From contig NC_057720.1 in NCBI RefSeq assembly GCF_004010195.1, positions 22,162,243 through 22,226,242 of the forward strand: DNA of 64,000 nucleotides. The letters run 5' to 3'. Positions within the stretch are counted from its first letter, which is position 1. Every line of letters begins with the position of its first letter. The stretch is from Chiloscyllium plagiosum. Its lineage: Eukaryota. A model generated the notes under the pieces. The model saw nothing but the letters and a program-made list of their open reading frames with translations. It was not told the DNA's origin and did not search any database. The translations under genes and the position numbers were made by a program. Below are positions 1-12,285 of the stretch, piece after piece.

Positions 1-2
1 AG

Positions 3-347
3 TTAGTTTAAACCCCCGCCAAGAGCACTAGCAAACCTCCCCCCAAGGATACTGGTTCCCCTCAGGTTCAGGTGTAGGCCATCCTGTTTATAGAGGTCCC
101 ACCGTCCCCAGAAAGAACCCCAGTTATCCAAAAACTGGAACCCCTCCCTCCTGCACCATCCCTGAAGCCACGCATTTAATTGTTCTCTCTCCCTATTCCT
201 CGAATCTCTATCACGTGGCACGGGTAACAAACCAGAGACAACAACTCTGTTTGTTCTAACTCCAAGCTTCCAACCTAGCTCCCTGAAAGCCTGTCTAACA
301 TCCTCAGCACTCCTCCTACCTATGTCGTTGGTGCCAATGTGGACCAC
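3..347 (-). mobile_element. CR1 LINE ORF1 fragment, SGNH/GDSL esterase domain; the element continues off the left edge
   Basis: Uninterrupted ORF with VHIGTND (block III) and DGLHLN (block V, DxxH) motifs, typical of CR1 ORF1 esterases. Confidence 0.9.
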
Positions 348-465
348 GACTTCTAATGTGCTCCTCTAACTCCTTTAACACTTCAAGTGGAAACATCAGT
401 TGCTGGGGTTTTATCACCCTGTAATTCTACCAATTTCCTCATGATCAATGATTTAGTTACATTAC

Positions 466-1370
466 AGAGTCACAGAGCCACAGAGATGTATAGCATGGAA
501 ACAGAGCCTTTGGTCCAGCTTGTCCATACCAACCAGATATCCCAAACTAATCTAGTCCCATTTGCCAGCACTCAGCCTATATCCTATAGCCTCTCCCTAT
601 AGCTCAAATCCTCCAACCCTGGCAACATCCTTGTAAATCTTTTCTGAACCCTTTCAAATTTCACAACATCCTTCTGTTAGGCCAGAGACCAGAACTGCAC
701 ACAATATTCCAAAAGTGGCCTAACCAACGTCCTGTACAGCCGCAACATGACCTCTCAACTCCTATACTCAATGCTCTGACCAATGAAGGAAAGCATACCA
801 AACGCTTTCTTCACTATCGTATCTACCTGCCAGTCTACTTTCAAGGAGCTATGAACCTGCACTCTAAGGTCTCTTTGTTCAGCAACACTCCCTAGCACCT
901 TGTTATTAAGTGTATAATTCCTGATAGGATCTGTTTTCCCAAAATGCAGCACCTTGCATTTATCTAAGTTAAACTCCATCAGCCACTCCTCAGCCTATGA
1001 GCCCATTTGATCAAGATCCCATTGTAATCTGAGTTAATCTTCTTTGCTGTCCAATACACCTCCAATTTTGGCACCATCTGCAAACTTACCAGCCAAACCT
1101 CCTATGTTCACATCCATATCATTTATATAAATGATGAAAAGTAGTGGACCCAGCGCCGATCCTTGTGGCACTCCACTGGTCACAGGCCTCCAGTCTGACA
1201 AACAACCCTTCATCACCACCTCTTCTATCTTTGAGTCAGTTCTGTATCCAAATGGCTAGTTCTCCCTGTATTCCATGATATCTAACCTTGCTAATCAGTC
1301 TCCCATGGGGAACCTTGTCAAATGCCTTATTGAAGTCCGTACAGATCACGTCCACTGCTCTGCCCTCATT
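466..1370 (-). mobile_element. CR1 LINE (HER1-like) 3' fragment: RT and 3' UTR, internally deleted
   Basis: ORF pieces [27 protein letters not shown] and MEFNLDKCKVLHFG; tail repeat near 466-490. Confidence 0.9.
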
Positions 1371-3092
1371 TTATTCAGTCTCTGTTCCTAATCCTCTTTT
1401 TTTTGGAATTCTGGCAAGCTATCCTTCTTTTCTACTGCAGATACTGAGGCAAAGTAATTATTCCATATGCCTGCCATTGCCCCATAATCATTAAAGGTAC
1501 TTCCACTATCAGTCTTTAGTGGGCCAACATTGCTCCTGACCATCCGTTTTCACTTTATGTAACTATAACATTTATTCTTATTTTGATGTCTCTTGCAAGG
1601 TATCCTTTCATAATCCCTTTTAGCAGCCCTTCTAATTAGCTTTGTGGCCCCTTGCTAGTCTTTGTATCTTGCCTGGTCTTTCCCTTTCAGCATGATCTGT
1701 GCCGTTTCAGGCATTTTGTAAGCTCTTTCCTTTAGCTTTTTGCTGCCCTTCGCTCTTTACTTATTAGTGGCTGTTTTTAATTCTGTGAAGTGGAGCTTTT
1801 CCTCTCAGGGGTATAAACTGGTTTTGTATTGTGTTAAATGTTTCTTTAAACATCCTCCACTCTTCTTCAGTTGTTCCGCCCATTAGCAGATTTTCCTAGT
1901 TTACAATGCCTCTGTCTCATTTCATTAAAGTCTGCCTTACTTAAATCTAAAACTCTTCTTGCTTTCAAACGCTACATTGAACTCAATCATGTTAAGATCA
2001 CTATTTGATAAATGTTCATGCACAATTAGGTTACTAATTAGATCCAACTCATTTCCCATTACTAAATACAATATCGCTGTCCTCTTGTTGTATCCAGGCA
2101 TTTTGCTGTTGGAAACTATCCCAGACACACTCCAGAAATTCACTAACTTTCTGTCAGGTGCTTGTCTGCCTTTCCCAATCTACATGAAAATTAAAATCTC
2201 TCATTAATACCACGTTGGTTTTGTGACATATTTGTTTAATTTATACAATTTCACACTCCAGGGCTATGACCAACACAACACCTATTACAGTTTTAGATCC
2301 CTTTACTGTTCCTCAGTTCCACCCACATGATCTGCACCCCTCATTATATCCTCCTTTAGCATTGAAGTAATTTCGTTCCTAATCAGAAAGGCTACTCCAC
2401 CTTCTCTACCATTTTCCTGATGCATCTTGTAAACTGTATAACCTGGTATATTTAGTTCCCAATCCTGACCGTTTGCATCCAGGTCTCTGGAATGGCTACC
2501 ATATCATAATATCCAATTTGAATTTGTGCTTGTAGCTCACTTAAATTTATTATTTATGCTCTGTGCATTAATACATAGAACTCTTATTCAGGCCATACAC
2601 TCTAGTCTGATGCTTTATTCACCAATTTATTATTTCTCTCTTCTAGTTTAAACAATACCATTCTTGCACTTTGCCATCACCTGCTGTACCTGAAGTAGCA
2701 TTCCTGACTTTTTGTTTAACATTTCTGTCTTGTTACTTGATTCTGAAACGGTATTAAATCCATCCCCCACCACCACCGCTGCAACCATTTACTAATTTAA
2801 ATTCCGTGTGACCACCCTATTTAGCCTTTCTGCTCAATATTGGTCCTAGACCAGCTCAGGTGGAGCACATCCCAACAGTACAGTTCCTTCCTGTCTCTAT
2901 ACTGATACTAGTGCCGTATGAAATGGAACCCCTATTTCCCACACCATTCCTTTAACTACATGCTTATTTCGTCAATTTACAAACCTCTATGCCAGTTTTC
3001 ATATGGCTCGGGTAATAATCCATAAATTATAACATTGACGTCCTGTCCTTTAATTTTGTTTTCCTAATTTCTGATATTTCCCAAATAGGACC
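1371..3092 (-). mobile_element. Old degraded CR1 LINE: ORF1 esterase remnant (~2850-3090) and ORF2 endonuclease region
   Basis: ILYLVMGNELDLISNLIVHEHLSNSDLNMIEF matches the CR1 endonuclease C-terminus (LDLV...EHLG.SDH). A minus-strand EWCGK.GFHF...ELYCWDVLHLS remnant lies at ~2860-2960. Confidence 0.75.
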
Positions 3093-3151
3093 CGTGGAAT
3101 GACAGGAAGAAAGCCAACTTTTGTACCGTGAGAGAAAAGTGTTGATTGGTT

Positions 3152-4864
3152 GGATTCTATAATTAGGGGGACAGATATTATCCTTTGCGAGCCGGATCGG
3201 GAGTCCTGCAAGTAATATCCCAACTATTAAGTAGAATCAGGGGGCAGAGTTGAGTATGGTAGCCATTACAAAAGAGAAAGTGCTAGAAAAGCTAAAAGGT
3301 CTAAAAACTGATAAATCTCCTGGCTGGGATGGGCTACATCCTAGAATTCTGAGGGAGGTGGCTGAGGAAATAGCAGGCACGTTGGTTGTGATCTTTCAAA
3401 AATCACTGGAGTCAGGGCAAGTCCCAGATGATTGGAAAATCGCTGTCATAACCCCCTTGTTCAAGAAAGCATCAAGACAAAAGATGGAAAATTATAGGCC
3501 GATTAGCCTAATATCAGTTGTAGGTAAAATTCTAGAATCCGTCATTAAGGATGAGATTTCTAAATTCTTGGAAGTGCAGGGTTGGATTAGAACAAATCGG
3601 CATGGATTTAGTCATGAGAGGTTGTGCCTGACAAACCTGTTAGAATTCCTTGAAGAGGTAACAAGTAGGTTAGACCAGGGAAACCCAGTGAATGTTATCT
3701 ATCTAGACTTTGATAAGCTGCCTCACGGGAGGCTGCTAAGTAAGGTGAGGGCCCATGGTGTTGGAGGTGAGCTACTGGCATGAATTGAGGATTGGCTGTC
3801 TGACAGAAGGCAGAAAGTTGGGATAAAGGGTTCTTTTTCGGAATGGCAGCCATTGACAAGTGGTATCCTGCAGGGTCCAGTGTTGGGGCTACATCTGTTC
3901 ACTTTATATTAATGATCTGGGTGAAGGCACTGGGAGCATTCTGGCGAAGTTCACTGATGTTATAAAGTTAGATCGACAAGCAGGCAGTACTGATGAGATG
4001 GGGAGGCTGCAGAAAGATTTAGACAGTTTAGGAGAGTGGCCCAGGAAATGGCTGATGAAATTCAACATGAACAAATGTGAGGTCTTGCACTTTGGAAAAA
4101 AGGATACAGGCATGGACTATTTTCTAAACGGTGAGAACATTCATAAAGCCAAAGTACAAAGGGATCTGGGAGTGCAGGATTCTCTAAAGGTTGACTTGCA
4201 GGTTGAGTCCATGATTAAGAAAGCAAATATAATGTTGTCATTTATCTCAAGAGGGTTGAAATATAAAAGCAGCGATGCGCTTCTGAGACTTTATAATGCT
4301 CTAGTTAGGCCCTATTTAGAATACTGTATCCAGTTTTGGGCCTCACACCTCAGGAAGGACATACTGGCATGGGAGCATGTCCAGTGGAGATTCACACAGA
4401 TGATCCCTGGAATGTTATGCCTAACATACGATGCATGGCTGAGGATACTGGGATTGTATTCATTAGAGTTTAGAAGGTTGGGCGGAGATCTAATAGAAAC
4501 TTACAAGATAATGCATGGCGTAGAAAGGGTGGAATCTGTCAGGCGGGGAGACTAGGACCCATGGGCACAGCCTTAGAATTACAGGGGGTCAATTTATAAC
4601 GGGAATGAAGAGACATTTCTTCAGCCAGAGAGTGGTGGGCCTGTGTAAATCATTGCCATGGAGTGCAGTGGAGGCTGGGACATTAAATGTCTTCAAGGCA
4701 AAGATTGATAAAATTCTTGATCGTGCAAGGAATTAAGGGCTATGGGGAGTGTGCGGGTAAGTGAAGTTGAAATGTCCAACAGCCATGATTAAATGGCAGA
4801 CTGGACTCGATGGGCCAAATGGCCTTACTTCAACTCCTATGTCTTATGGTCTTATGATCTTATG
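3152..4864 (+). mobile_element. CR1 LINE: short ORF1 piece joined to ORF2 RT, with 3' UTR and (CTTATG)-like tail
   Basis: ORFs 3250-3783 and 3860-4555 carry RT motifs (KSPGWDGLHP, NYRPISL, LYINDL, KFTD); the tail cttatggtcttatgatcttatg lies at 4843-4864. Confidence 0.92.
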
Positions 4865-6667
4865 CAAAGTGAACTCTGTCAGGTGTTGTCATGGAGACTG
4901 CAGCCCTCAATACTGTTTAACAGTTAATAACCGTGCTTTATTTAAATTTAAGAACAGGCAGGCTTGACTCTGATTGGTCATGGCATTGCTGTGAAAAATG
5001 AACCAGTGAATAGCTGTCATCTATTTTGCAGAGTGGAAACAGAAGCAGTGTGTGTACACTAACTCTAAAGAACAGGACTTTGGTACACGCATGTCTCCCA
5101 CAGTGTGAGCCAGACTGACAGTTCTACATGAGTTGTCAGCATCATTCTCCCCACACTCAGTATTACCTAGCAATTGTTGTCCAATTGCAGTGGTATGCTG
5201 GAGCCAATGGGCTGAATTTTATTGAAAATCAGCCAAGTGTCAATTTTGGGGAGTTTCGTGGAGAGTTTTGTTTCATGAACTCTTGCAGTCTCATACAATT
5301 CCTGACTGCTCAGCTGACATTGTGTGCTACCCACCTTCAGTGAGGTGCTTGTGTTCACCAGCAGCAGAAGTACTCGCCACTGCCAGGACATTCCACACCA
5401 CGTCGCCATATTTAGATCTCAGCTATGCATGAGGTCAATTGCTCGCAACCATGATGAACCCTTCACTGTACTTGGAATGGGAGGGAAAGAAAGAAAAAGA
5501 GCTTCTGAGAAACCAGAGAGGGTACAGGTGACCCTTCAGATAAAATGGAATCTCATCCTGTAAATGTATTGTTTTTACATCATTACCTGTCAGATCATCC
5601 GTCTTTGTAAATGCAACTAAAAGAATCAAGCTCCACAGGCTATTTGTTGTTAATGCCATACCATGCTAGGACAGGATCTAAGGAAGTGCTACTCCTTCCA
5701 TAACGCCCAGAGTTTCTTAACTTGTTGTTGTTCAATGTGGGAGCATCACAAGTTAGAAAGACGTCAATCAATTGAAAATGTTAAATTTTATGACACAAGA
5801 GAAAAAGTGAACAAAAAACCCAAAATACTTGCTTTTAGGGCCATACAGGGGCCAATTACCTTTTGAGCAATAACAAATTTACAGTTAATGAATGATCATT
5901 GCACACAGCTAACATCCATTGGAATGAGGTCAATTAAGTCTATCTAGTCTGCTTTGTCACGCTTCATGCTGCCCTGCTCTCTTGGACTGAAGACATGTCC
6001 CTGCTGCTCAATGTCCTCACCTTCTTTCTCAGAACACGGCTGCCACTTTCCTAGCTCTTCGCAGTCCATTGCATACCCATTTTGCCAATTCCAGTGTGCA
6101 GTGCACAGTGTGCTAGGATGGAATGTACTTGCAGTACCATTCCCAGACCAATCCAAGTCTTCACGAGGGTAATTTTCTGCTCCCTGAAGAACAGGCTGCA
6201 TTGTTTCTATGCTCGATTTTAGTCATGGGGTTGTGTAAGAGAGTCATCAGCCATCTTTGCAAAAGGTAGCAATTAAGATCCATTTACCATCCTTGTAAGG
6301 TATCTAGCGGTTGAAAGAAAGCTGCAACTTAAGAGTTCTTAAGGATATGGGCATTGTGGCAACTTCCAGGGTACCTGGTGTGGACTTGTTGAAAAATTCT
6401 CCAAACTTGTTGTATGGCACTCTCAATGAAACATGTGTATATGCTTCCTGCACCAGAGGAAAGTCAGTTATGTTGACAAATTCTATGTTCTGTAGTTATC
6501 AATATTACTTGTGTTTCTAATGCATTGTATCAGCATGAAACATCTAGCTTCACCTATTGCTCAAACCTTTGACAAACCATACCCTCTTTCTGAGGAAGAC
6601 TGAACTCTTTTCAAGATCAGAACTGATGACCTTAGGACTTTCCATGTCTTTGCACAATACAGAGGTA

Positions 6668-7122
6668 GTAAAGGGAGAAAGTAAAGGCTGCAGATCCTAG
6701 AGATCAGAGTTGAGGGTGTGTAGCTGGAAAAGCACAGCAGGTCAGCACGGTGGGCAGCACGGTGGCACAGTGGTTAGCACTGCTGCCTCACAGCGCCAGA
6801 GACCCGGGTTCAATTCCCGCCTTAGGCGACTGACTGTGTGGAGTTTGCACGTTCTCCCCGTGTCTGCGTGGGTTTCCTCTGGGTGCACTGGTTTCCTCCC
6901 ACAGTCCAAAGATGTGCAGGGTCAGGTGAATTGGCCATGCTAAATTGCCCGTAGTGTTAGGTAAGGGGTAAATGTAGGGGTATGGGTGGGTTTCGCTTCG
7001 GCAGGTCGGTGTGGACTTGTTGGGCCGAAGGGCCTGTTTCCACACTGTATAACTAATCTAATCTAATCTAATCTAGTCAGGCAGCATCTGAGGTGCAGGA
7101 GAATCGATGCCCTGATGAAGAG
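6668..7122. mobile_element. Penelope-derived terminal mini-element split by an HE1 SINE
   Basis: gagaaagtaaaggctgcagat...ggaaaagcacagcaggtcag, then the SINE, then gcagcatctgaggtgcaggagaatcgat...cctgatgaagag. Same family as 48619-48746. Confidence 0.75.
6745..7075 (+). mobile_element. HE1-type tRNA-derived V-SINE, full length
   Basis: A box TGGCACAGTGG, B box GGTTCAATTCC, V-domain tgtgtggagtttgcacgttctccccgtg, CR1-like 3' tail and (AATCT)n terminus. Confidence 0.92.
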
Positions 7123-7534
7123 TTAGTAAAAATCTGATTAGTGTAACCATTATCCAGGTTGGCTTTTCTGTGCCCTATTTCAGCATCAAGTTTGCACCAT
7201 AAACAAATGGCTTTGGCTCTCTTCGGGCTGCTGATAAGGCCAATCTTACAGCGCATGAACTGGAGGAATCCCAATGTGTACACTGATCAGAGAATTAGGT
7301 TTATTGGAGAGGATCCCCTGGTCAATTTTCCAATTTGGACAGAAAGGGACAGGAGCTCATTGACTACGTGAATGGGAACTTGAATGCAGGATAGAGCTCA
7401 TGAAGATATGTAAGGAAATGTCTCTTTGCAAATACAGCAAATGCATCATTCTGCATATTGGGTATTTGCAAAGGGGCATGAGGTTAGGTGTAGTTCCACT
7501 GAAGACATGTTTCTCATGGAATCCAACAAGAATA

Positions 7535-7782
7535 TTTAAGGTGAGAGGGGACAGATTTAAAAGGGACCTGAGGGGCAACATTTTTATGCAGCCGGTGGTG
7601 TGTGTATGCCTGGGGAGGTGGTGAAGGTGGGTACAATTGCAACATTAAAAAATGCATCTGGTTGGGTACATGAATGGGAAGGGTTTACAGGGATATGGGT
7701 CAAATGCTGGCAAATGGGACTAGATCAGTTTAGAATGCCTGACAATTGGACTGAGGGGTCTGTTTCTGTGCTATATAATTCC
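7535..7782 (+). mobile_element. CR1 LINE 3' end fragment
   Basis: FKVRGDRFKRDLRGNIF plus 3' UTR similar to other CR1 copies in the window. Confidence 0.8.
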
Positions 7783-8282
7783 AATATTATAACTAAACGT
7801 TTTGAAAGCTGGACCTTATGCAGAACCCAATGCAGAACCATGTATTCAGGCACACATGGTGTAATTGAACTGAACACAATGGTGTGAATTGCTGAGTTAA
7901 TAATTTCAATAAATACTGATTCCCACTGAAATACTGATTGAAATACTGATTTCAATAAATACTGATTGTATTCAATAAATACAATGATGGCAAGTCTAGG
8001 TCACCATGAGATAGTGTTGCAGCATAGGTGTTGATAGTTTCTTTGCATGGTAATTGGTTGAAAAGGCTAATAATGTCAAATGAGCAAATGGACACTGCAA
8101 TGCCAACAATATGCAAGTCCTATATGGTCTTCACAAATGGGAATGGAAAACATGCTCAAAAGAAAAAGTGTGAACAAAATGTATCTTTTTTCCACAATCG
8201 TCAAGTTCTGTACCACCAAACAACAATAATTATTAACTGCATACTCAGCAGTGCACTCTTTGGAAAGGTATAGAATCACTAC

Positions 8283-8420
8283 CTGCACTTTCTGGGTTTC
8301 CCTAGAACTATGCTGCTTGGACTCTAAAACTTGCTGCCAGCTACAGAATTGCGATGACAGCAAGTGCTGAATACGCCTGTACTCCTGTAAAGTCGAAGCC
8401 AAAGTACTTGTTGTATCTAC
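8283..8420 (-). other. Candidate additional 138-nt in-frame exon in the intron downstream of DPYD exon 20
   Basis: Pyrimidine-rich acceptor (tttttattttcttatccactatttgctgtcatag|) and donor CAG|gtagtg. Only frame 0 is open: VDTTSTLASTLQEYRRIQHLLSSQFCSWQQVLESKQHSSRETQKVQ. It has no recognisable similarity to DPYD exon 21. Confidence 0.3.
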
Positions 8421-8559
8421 CTATGACAGCAAATAGTGGATAAGAAAATAAAAACATGCATCTATCTAGCCACCTATGCAGCCTTTTGCTCTGGGGATCT
8501 TGCAGTTAATTATAATTGCATTTAATAAAAGGCTAGCCTAATAGTAAACATATAACCAT

Positions 8560-8755
8560 AGTTGATTGTTGTAAAAGCTAATCTGGTTCACTAATCTAGT
8601 CTTTTAAGGAAGTAAAAGCTACTATCCTATTCTGGGCAACATGGGAGTCTAGACCCACAACAAGGTGGTTGATGCTTAACTGTCCTCTGGGCAATTGGGG
8701 GTGGGCAATAAATACGGGCTGAGCCAGCAACACTCACATCTCATAAATAAATAAA
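8560..8755 (+). mobile_element. DeuSINE (SacSINE1-like) 3' part
   Basis: gattgttgtaaaa...ctggttcactaat core and the tail tgggcaataaatacgggctgagccagc. Confidence 0.6.
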
Positions 8756-9234
8756 ACAAAAATTGCCTGACTACAAAACTAGGAAGTGTAAGGTGCATTA
8801 AAACAAAACAAGCCATAGTTTGCAATTATTGCTTAATTTTCATTTCCTTGCCTTGTTCATCACTGACCACATTTCCAGGTCACTGCTGTATTACAACCCC
8901 TGCCTGAGAATCATTATGGCCTGAAATTAAAATAGTTTTTGTTGGGTTTTGTGAGAATACCAAACCAAAAGGAACTTTAATATTCAGGTCTAAGTCAAAA
9001 ATCTGGAAAAACCTTAAAATGTAACACAGGGGTCCTGAGGATTTTGGGCTTAGGCCAAAATCCAGACTTGCATAGAGTTTTTTTTTAGGTTTAGACACTG
9101 TTGTAATTGTAAAATACTGTTCTTACACACACACACACCCATGTACAGGATTGGGATTTATTATTATAAAAAATAAGGCTTTTGCTTTTGTTTAACTCTT
9201 TGTGATCAAATAACAAAAGCAGTGGCTAGATATC

Positions 9235-9390
9235 CAATATAAAAACAGAAATTGTTGTCAATACTCAACAGGTCTGGCAGCATCCATGAAGAGAAAAACA
9301 GAATTAATTTTCCTCAAATGTTAACATAGATTTTCTCTCTGCAGAACTGACAGGCATGTTGAGTAATTCCAGGATTTTCTGTTTTATTAT
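9235..9390. mobile_element. Degenerate fold-back PLE-terminus element
   Basis: aaaacagaaattg...actcaacaggtctggcagc is inverted against aggcatgttgagtaattccaggattttctgtttt. Confidence 0.6.
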
Positions 9391-11555
9391 TAATGACCAG
9401 ATAAATTGTTTAAGTGGTGGTTTCTGTGTTAATGTTTGGTCAGGAAGGAATGAATTTGGAGCAACTATCTGGCATGCTTAAGCTATTATGCTTGAGATTT
9501 TCTACGAGATGTCCCAGAATGCATTAGCATATTCTTAACACTGTAGCTCCTGAAATAACTTGTAATTCTGAAAGATAAGTAATCACAAGCCTCAAGTCAG
9601 AGCACAACAGGTAGCAGAGGAATGAGAATAAGCATCTGTGCTTCACTTAGCTCACCAAAACCTACTGGTGTGCATCCCGAACCCAATATGTAGGAAAAGG
9701 CATGCCCTATTCAGTCTCTAAGGCATGTTCTATCATTCAGTTAGTTTGTCACTGATTTGTGGCTTACTCCCCCTCTTTACCTGTCTTGACTTCATATCTC
9801 TTGATATTCTGTAAAAGAAAACTATACATCTCAGTCTTGAAAATGTGTTGACCCAGAAACTGCTGCCTTTCAAACACTGAGATGAGGTTCATTTGTAAGA
9901 GCCCAGATTGCTGTTCCTTGGGCTATAGCACATCTCTAAGAAGTGGAAAAGGTCGCATAGGAAATAAGTGCGATGGTTAAACAAGTTGCTTTTGCACAAG
10001 GCACTCACTGTTAACATTTCATTAAATGGATTTTGATAGAGAAAGGAGGTGATTAGAAGATTAGAAACAAAGCATTTTTCTGTCTTCAGCTAATGTACCA
10101 TCTCTACTGTGTGTAGATTTCTAGTCGGTAACCAACATTACATTTTTTTGAAGCAGTTGAGATGTTTGATTTTCAATCTATGTCATCTGTAAAGTAGTAA
10201 ATATGCACTGATGAAAAAATACTGTTTGCGTTCAGACAGCAATGCAGCATTTTTTATAACCTGATACGTAGCTTATTTGAATGCAAAATATTTTCCTTGT
10301 AGAAATCTTGTGAGAATGTCCAAAGGCTAACTGAATGTATTATAATTGCCCTTTGTATGAATGAACACTGATAGCTAATATTATTCTCAACTGCATCATT
10401 CAAAGGCTTTTTCTGCTATGCTCATTACTCCCCTTTGTGTTCCACTTGCTGTCATACTTGTACAGTTCAAGCTAAGAATACCAAGTTGTTGTCAAGAAAC
10501 CTAGATATATAAATTCATTCTTCCCACAAGGGCTATGCAGTTTAACTGTATAATATCTACATCTATGTGTGATATATACATTCATGCATGCAATGCCTTA
10601 AAATATAGAAACAAATATGTGTTAGTGATCCAATCGAAAAAAAATTATGAAAGTTCTTTTTGATGTAAAACAACATCATAAAGCATCATTGGAATGGTAT
10701 TAGAGATAAGTTTCTATTGAAAAACTGCAGGGATTATGAGATGGGGGTTAATGGGGTAGAGAGATCGACAGCCAGAGGTTTAGAGACAGAATCTGCAGCT
10801 TAGGGCCTGGACAACTGAAAACATAGCCACTGAGGGAAATAAGTGCACCCCAGTCAGAATTGAAGGAATGCAGAGATAGGACAGTGGGTGTAGAGCTGAA
10901 GGGGTTCATCTGAAGAAGTCACATTTTGTTTACTCTGTTTCTCTCTTCACCAATACTAGTAGACCTGCTAGGTATTTCCAGCTATTTCCTGTTGTATTTC
11001 ACAATAACACTGAACCCTATGTTGTAACCTTTACAGATTAGGGGCAATATTTGTGCATGTCCTGATTCAAAGTTTCAAGTTGACACTTTTAAGTCAAGTT
11101 CCTGAATTCATGTATCGCAAAATTAGCTTGGTTTATTTTGTGAACGACATTCAACAACATTTTAAAAGAATGTTGTTGATTTACACCAATTACCCACTAA
11201 TTATCTTTAAGACATTCCTTATTGGCTGCAATAGGAATGTACTGATTTAGTTCAAGCTTTTCACAGAAAATTCACTGTGTGTCCCTGGCTGTTTGTGAAC
11301 AGAATGCTTTATCTTTCTCTCATCTGTGATTTTGGCTGAAACCTCTTGTTGAAACAGACAGGAATGATGTTTCAGGCAAATGCCAGAAGAATCATTCTGG
11401 AACATTAATTGCAAACAAATCTCTGGAGTAATATCAGTGAACTACTCAAAAACAATTTCTGGAAGAATTAGACAAGACAGGGTGACGATTACCTATTCAA
11501 ACTCATACTGTTCGGATGCTGAATATAAAAATAGGCACTGATTGGAGAAAGAGGG

Positions 11556-12285
11556 TCATAGAGTCATAGAGATGTACAGCACAGAAACAGACCCTTCGGT
11601 CCAACTCGTCCACACTGACCAGATATCCCAACCCAATCTAGTTCCATTTGCCAGCACCTGGCCCATATCCCTCTAAACCCATCCTATTCATATATCCGTC
11701 CAGTTGCCTTTTAAATGCTGTAATTGTACCAGCCTCCACTACTTCCTCTGGCAGCTCATTCCATCCACGCACCATTCTCTGTGTGAAAAAGTTGCCCCTT
11801 AGGTCTCTTTTATATCTTTCCCCTCTCACCCTCTAGTTCTGAACTCCACCACCCCAGGAGAAATACCTTGTCTGTTTATCCTATCCATGCCCCTCATGAT
11901 CTTATAAACTTCTATAAGATCACTCCTCAGCCTCCGACGCTCTAGGGAAAACAACTCCTGCCTATTCAGCTTCTCCCTATAGCTCAAATCCTCCAACCCA
12001 GGCAACATCCTTGTAAATCTTTTCTGAACCCTTTCAAGTTTCACAACATATGTCCAATAGGAAGGAGACCAGAATTGCACTCAATATTCCAAAAGTGGCC
12101 TAACCAATGTCCTGTACAGTCGCAACATAACCTTCATTCTCCTGAACTCAATGCTCTGACTAATAAAGGAAAGCATACCACATGCCTTCTTCACTATTTT
12201 ATCTATCAGCGACTCTACTTTCAAGGAGCTATGAACCTGCACTCCAAGGTCTTTCAGTTCAGCAACACTCCCTAAGATCTTATTA
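11556..12285 (-). mobile_element. CR1 LINE (HER1-like) 3' fragment
   Basis: ORFs LYRTLVRPLLEY, QFWSP...LERVQKRFTRMLPGL and RGERYKRDLRGNFFTQR; (catagagt) tail at ~11556-11570. Confidence 0.92.

Larger units (their letters stand above)
5990..7330 (-). pseudogene. Highly degraded PIF/Harbinger (HARBI1-like DDE) transposase, interrupted by later insertions
   Basis: Minus-strand fragments occur in the expected order: YTLGFLQ (~7260-7280), EFVNITDF (~6460-6484), RYPGSCHNAHILKNS...QGW...CYLLQRWLMTLLHNPMTKIEHRNN (~6200-6375), then EQKITLVK, LDWSG and HCALH. Compare HARBI1-type FYxSGSFQ, YVNRKGFHS, RYPGSxHD and GYPLxxWLMTP. A possible TIR, gggctgaatttt, lies at ~5209. Confidence 0.75.

Noticed and set aside
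5588..5659. Signal-peptide-like ORF start MALTTNSLWSLILLVAFTK followed by the donor ACAG|gtaatg
   Set aside because: It lies within the Harbinger fossil region and inside a DPYD intron, with no downstream exon or promoter support; likely chance.
5944..6201. 85-aa ORF that looked like a terminal exon
   Set aside because: Explained as frameshifted Harbinger transposase C-terminus (LDWSG and CALH motifs in adjacent frames).
6745..6830. tRNA-like sequence with A and B boxes (also at 14125 and 34996)
   Set aside because: These are SINE heads continuous with the V-domain and LINE-like tail, not tRNA genes.
7905..7985. Short direct repeats of AAATACTGATT with variable spacers (superficially CRISPR-like)
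   Set aside because: The units are ~11 bp with 0-8 bp spacers in a eukaryotic intron; this is simple local slippage.
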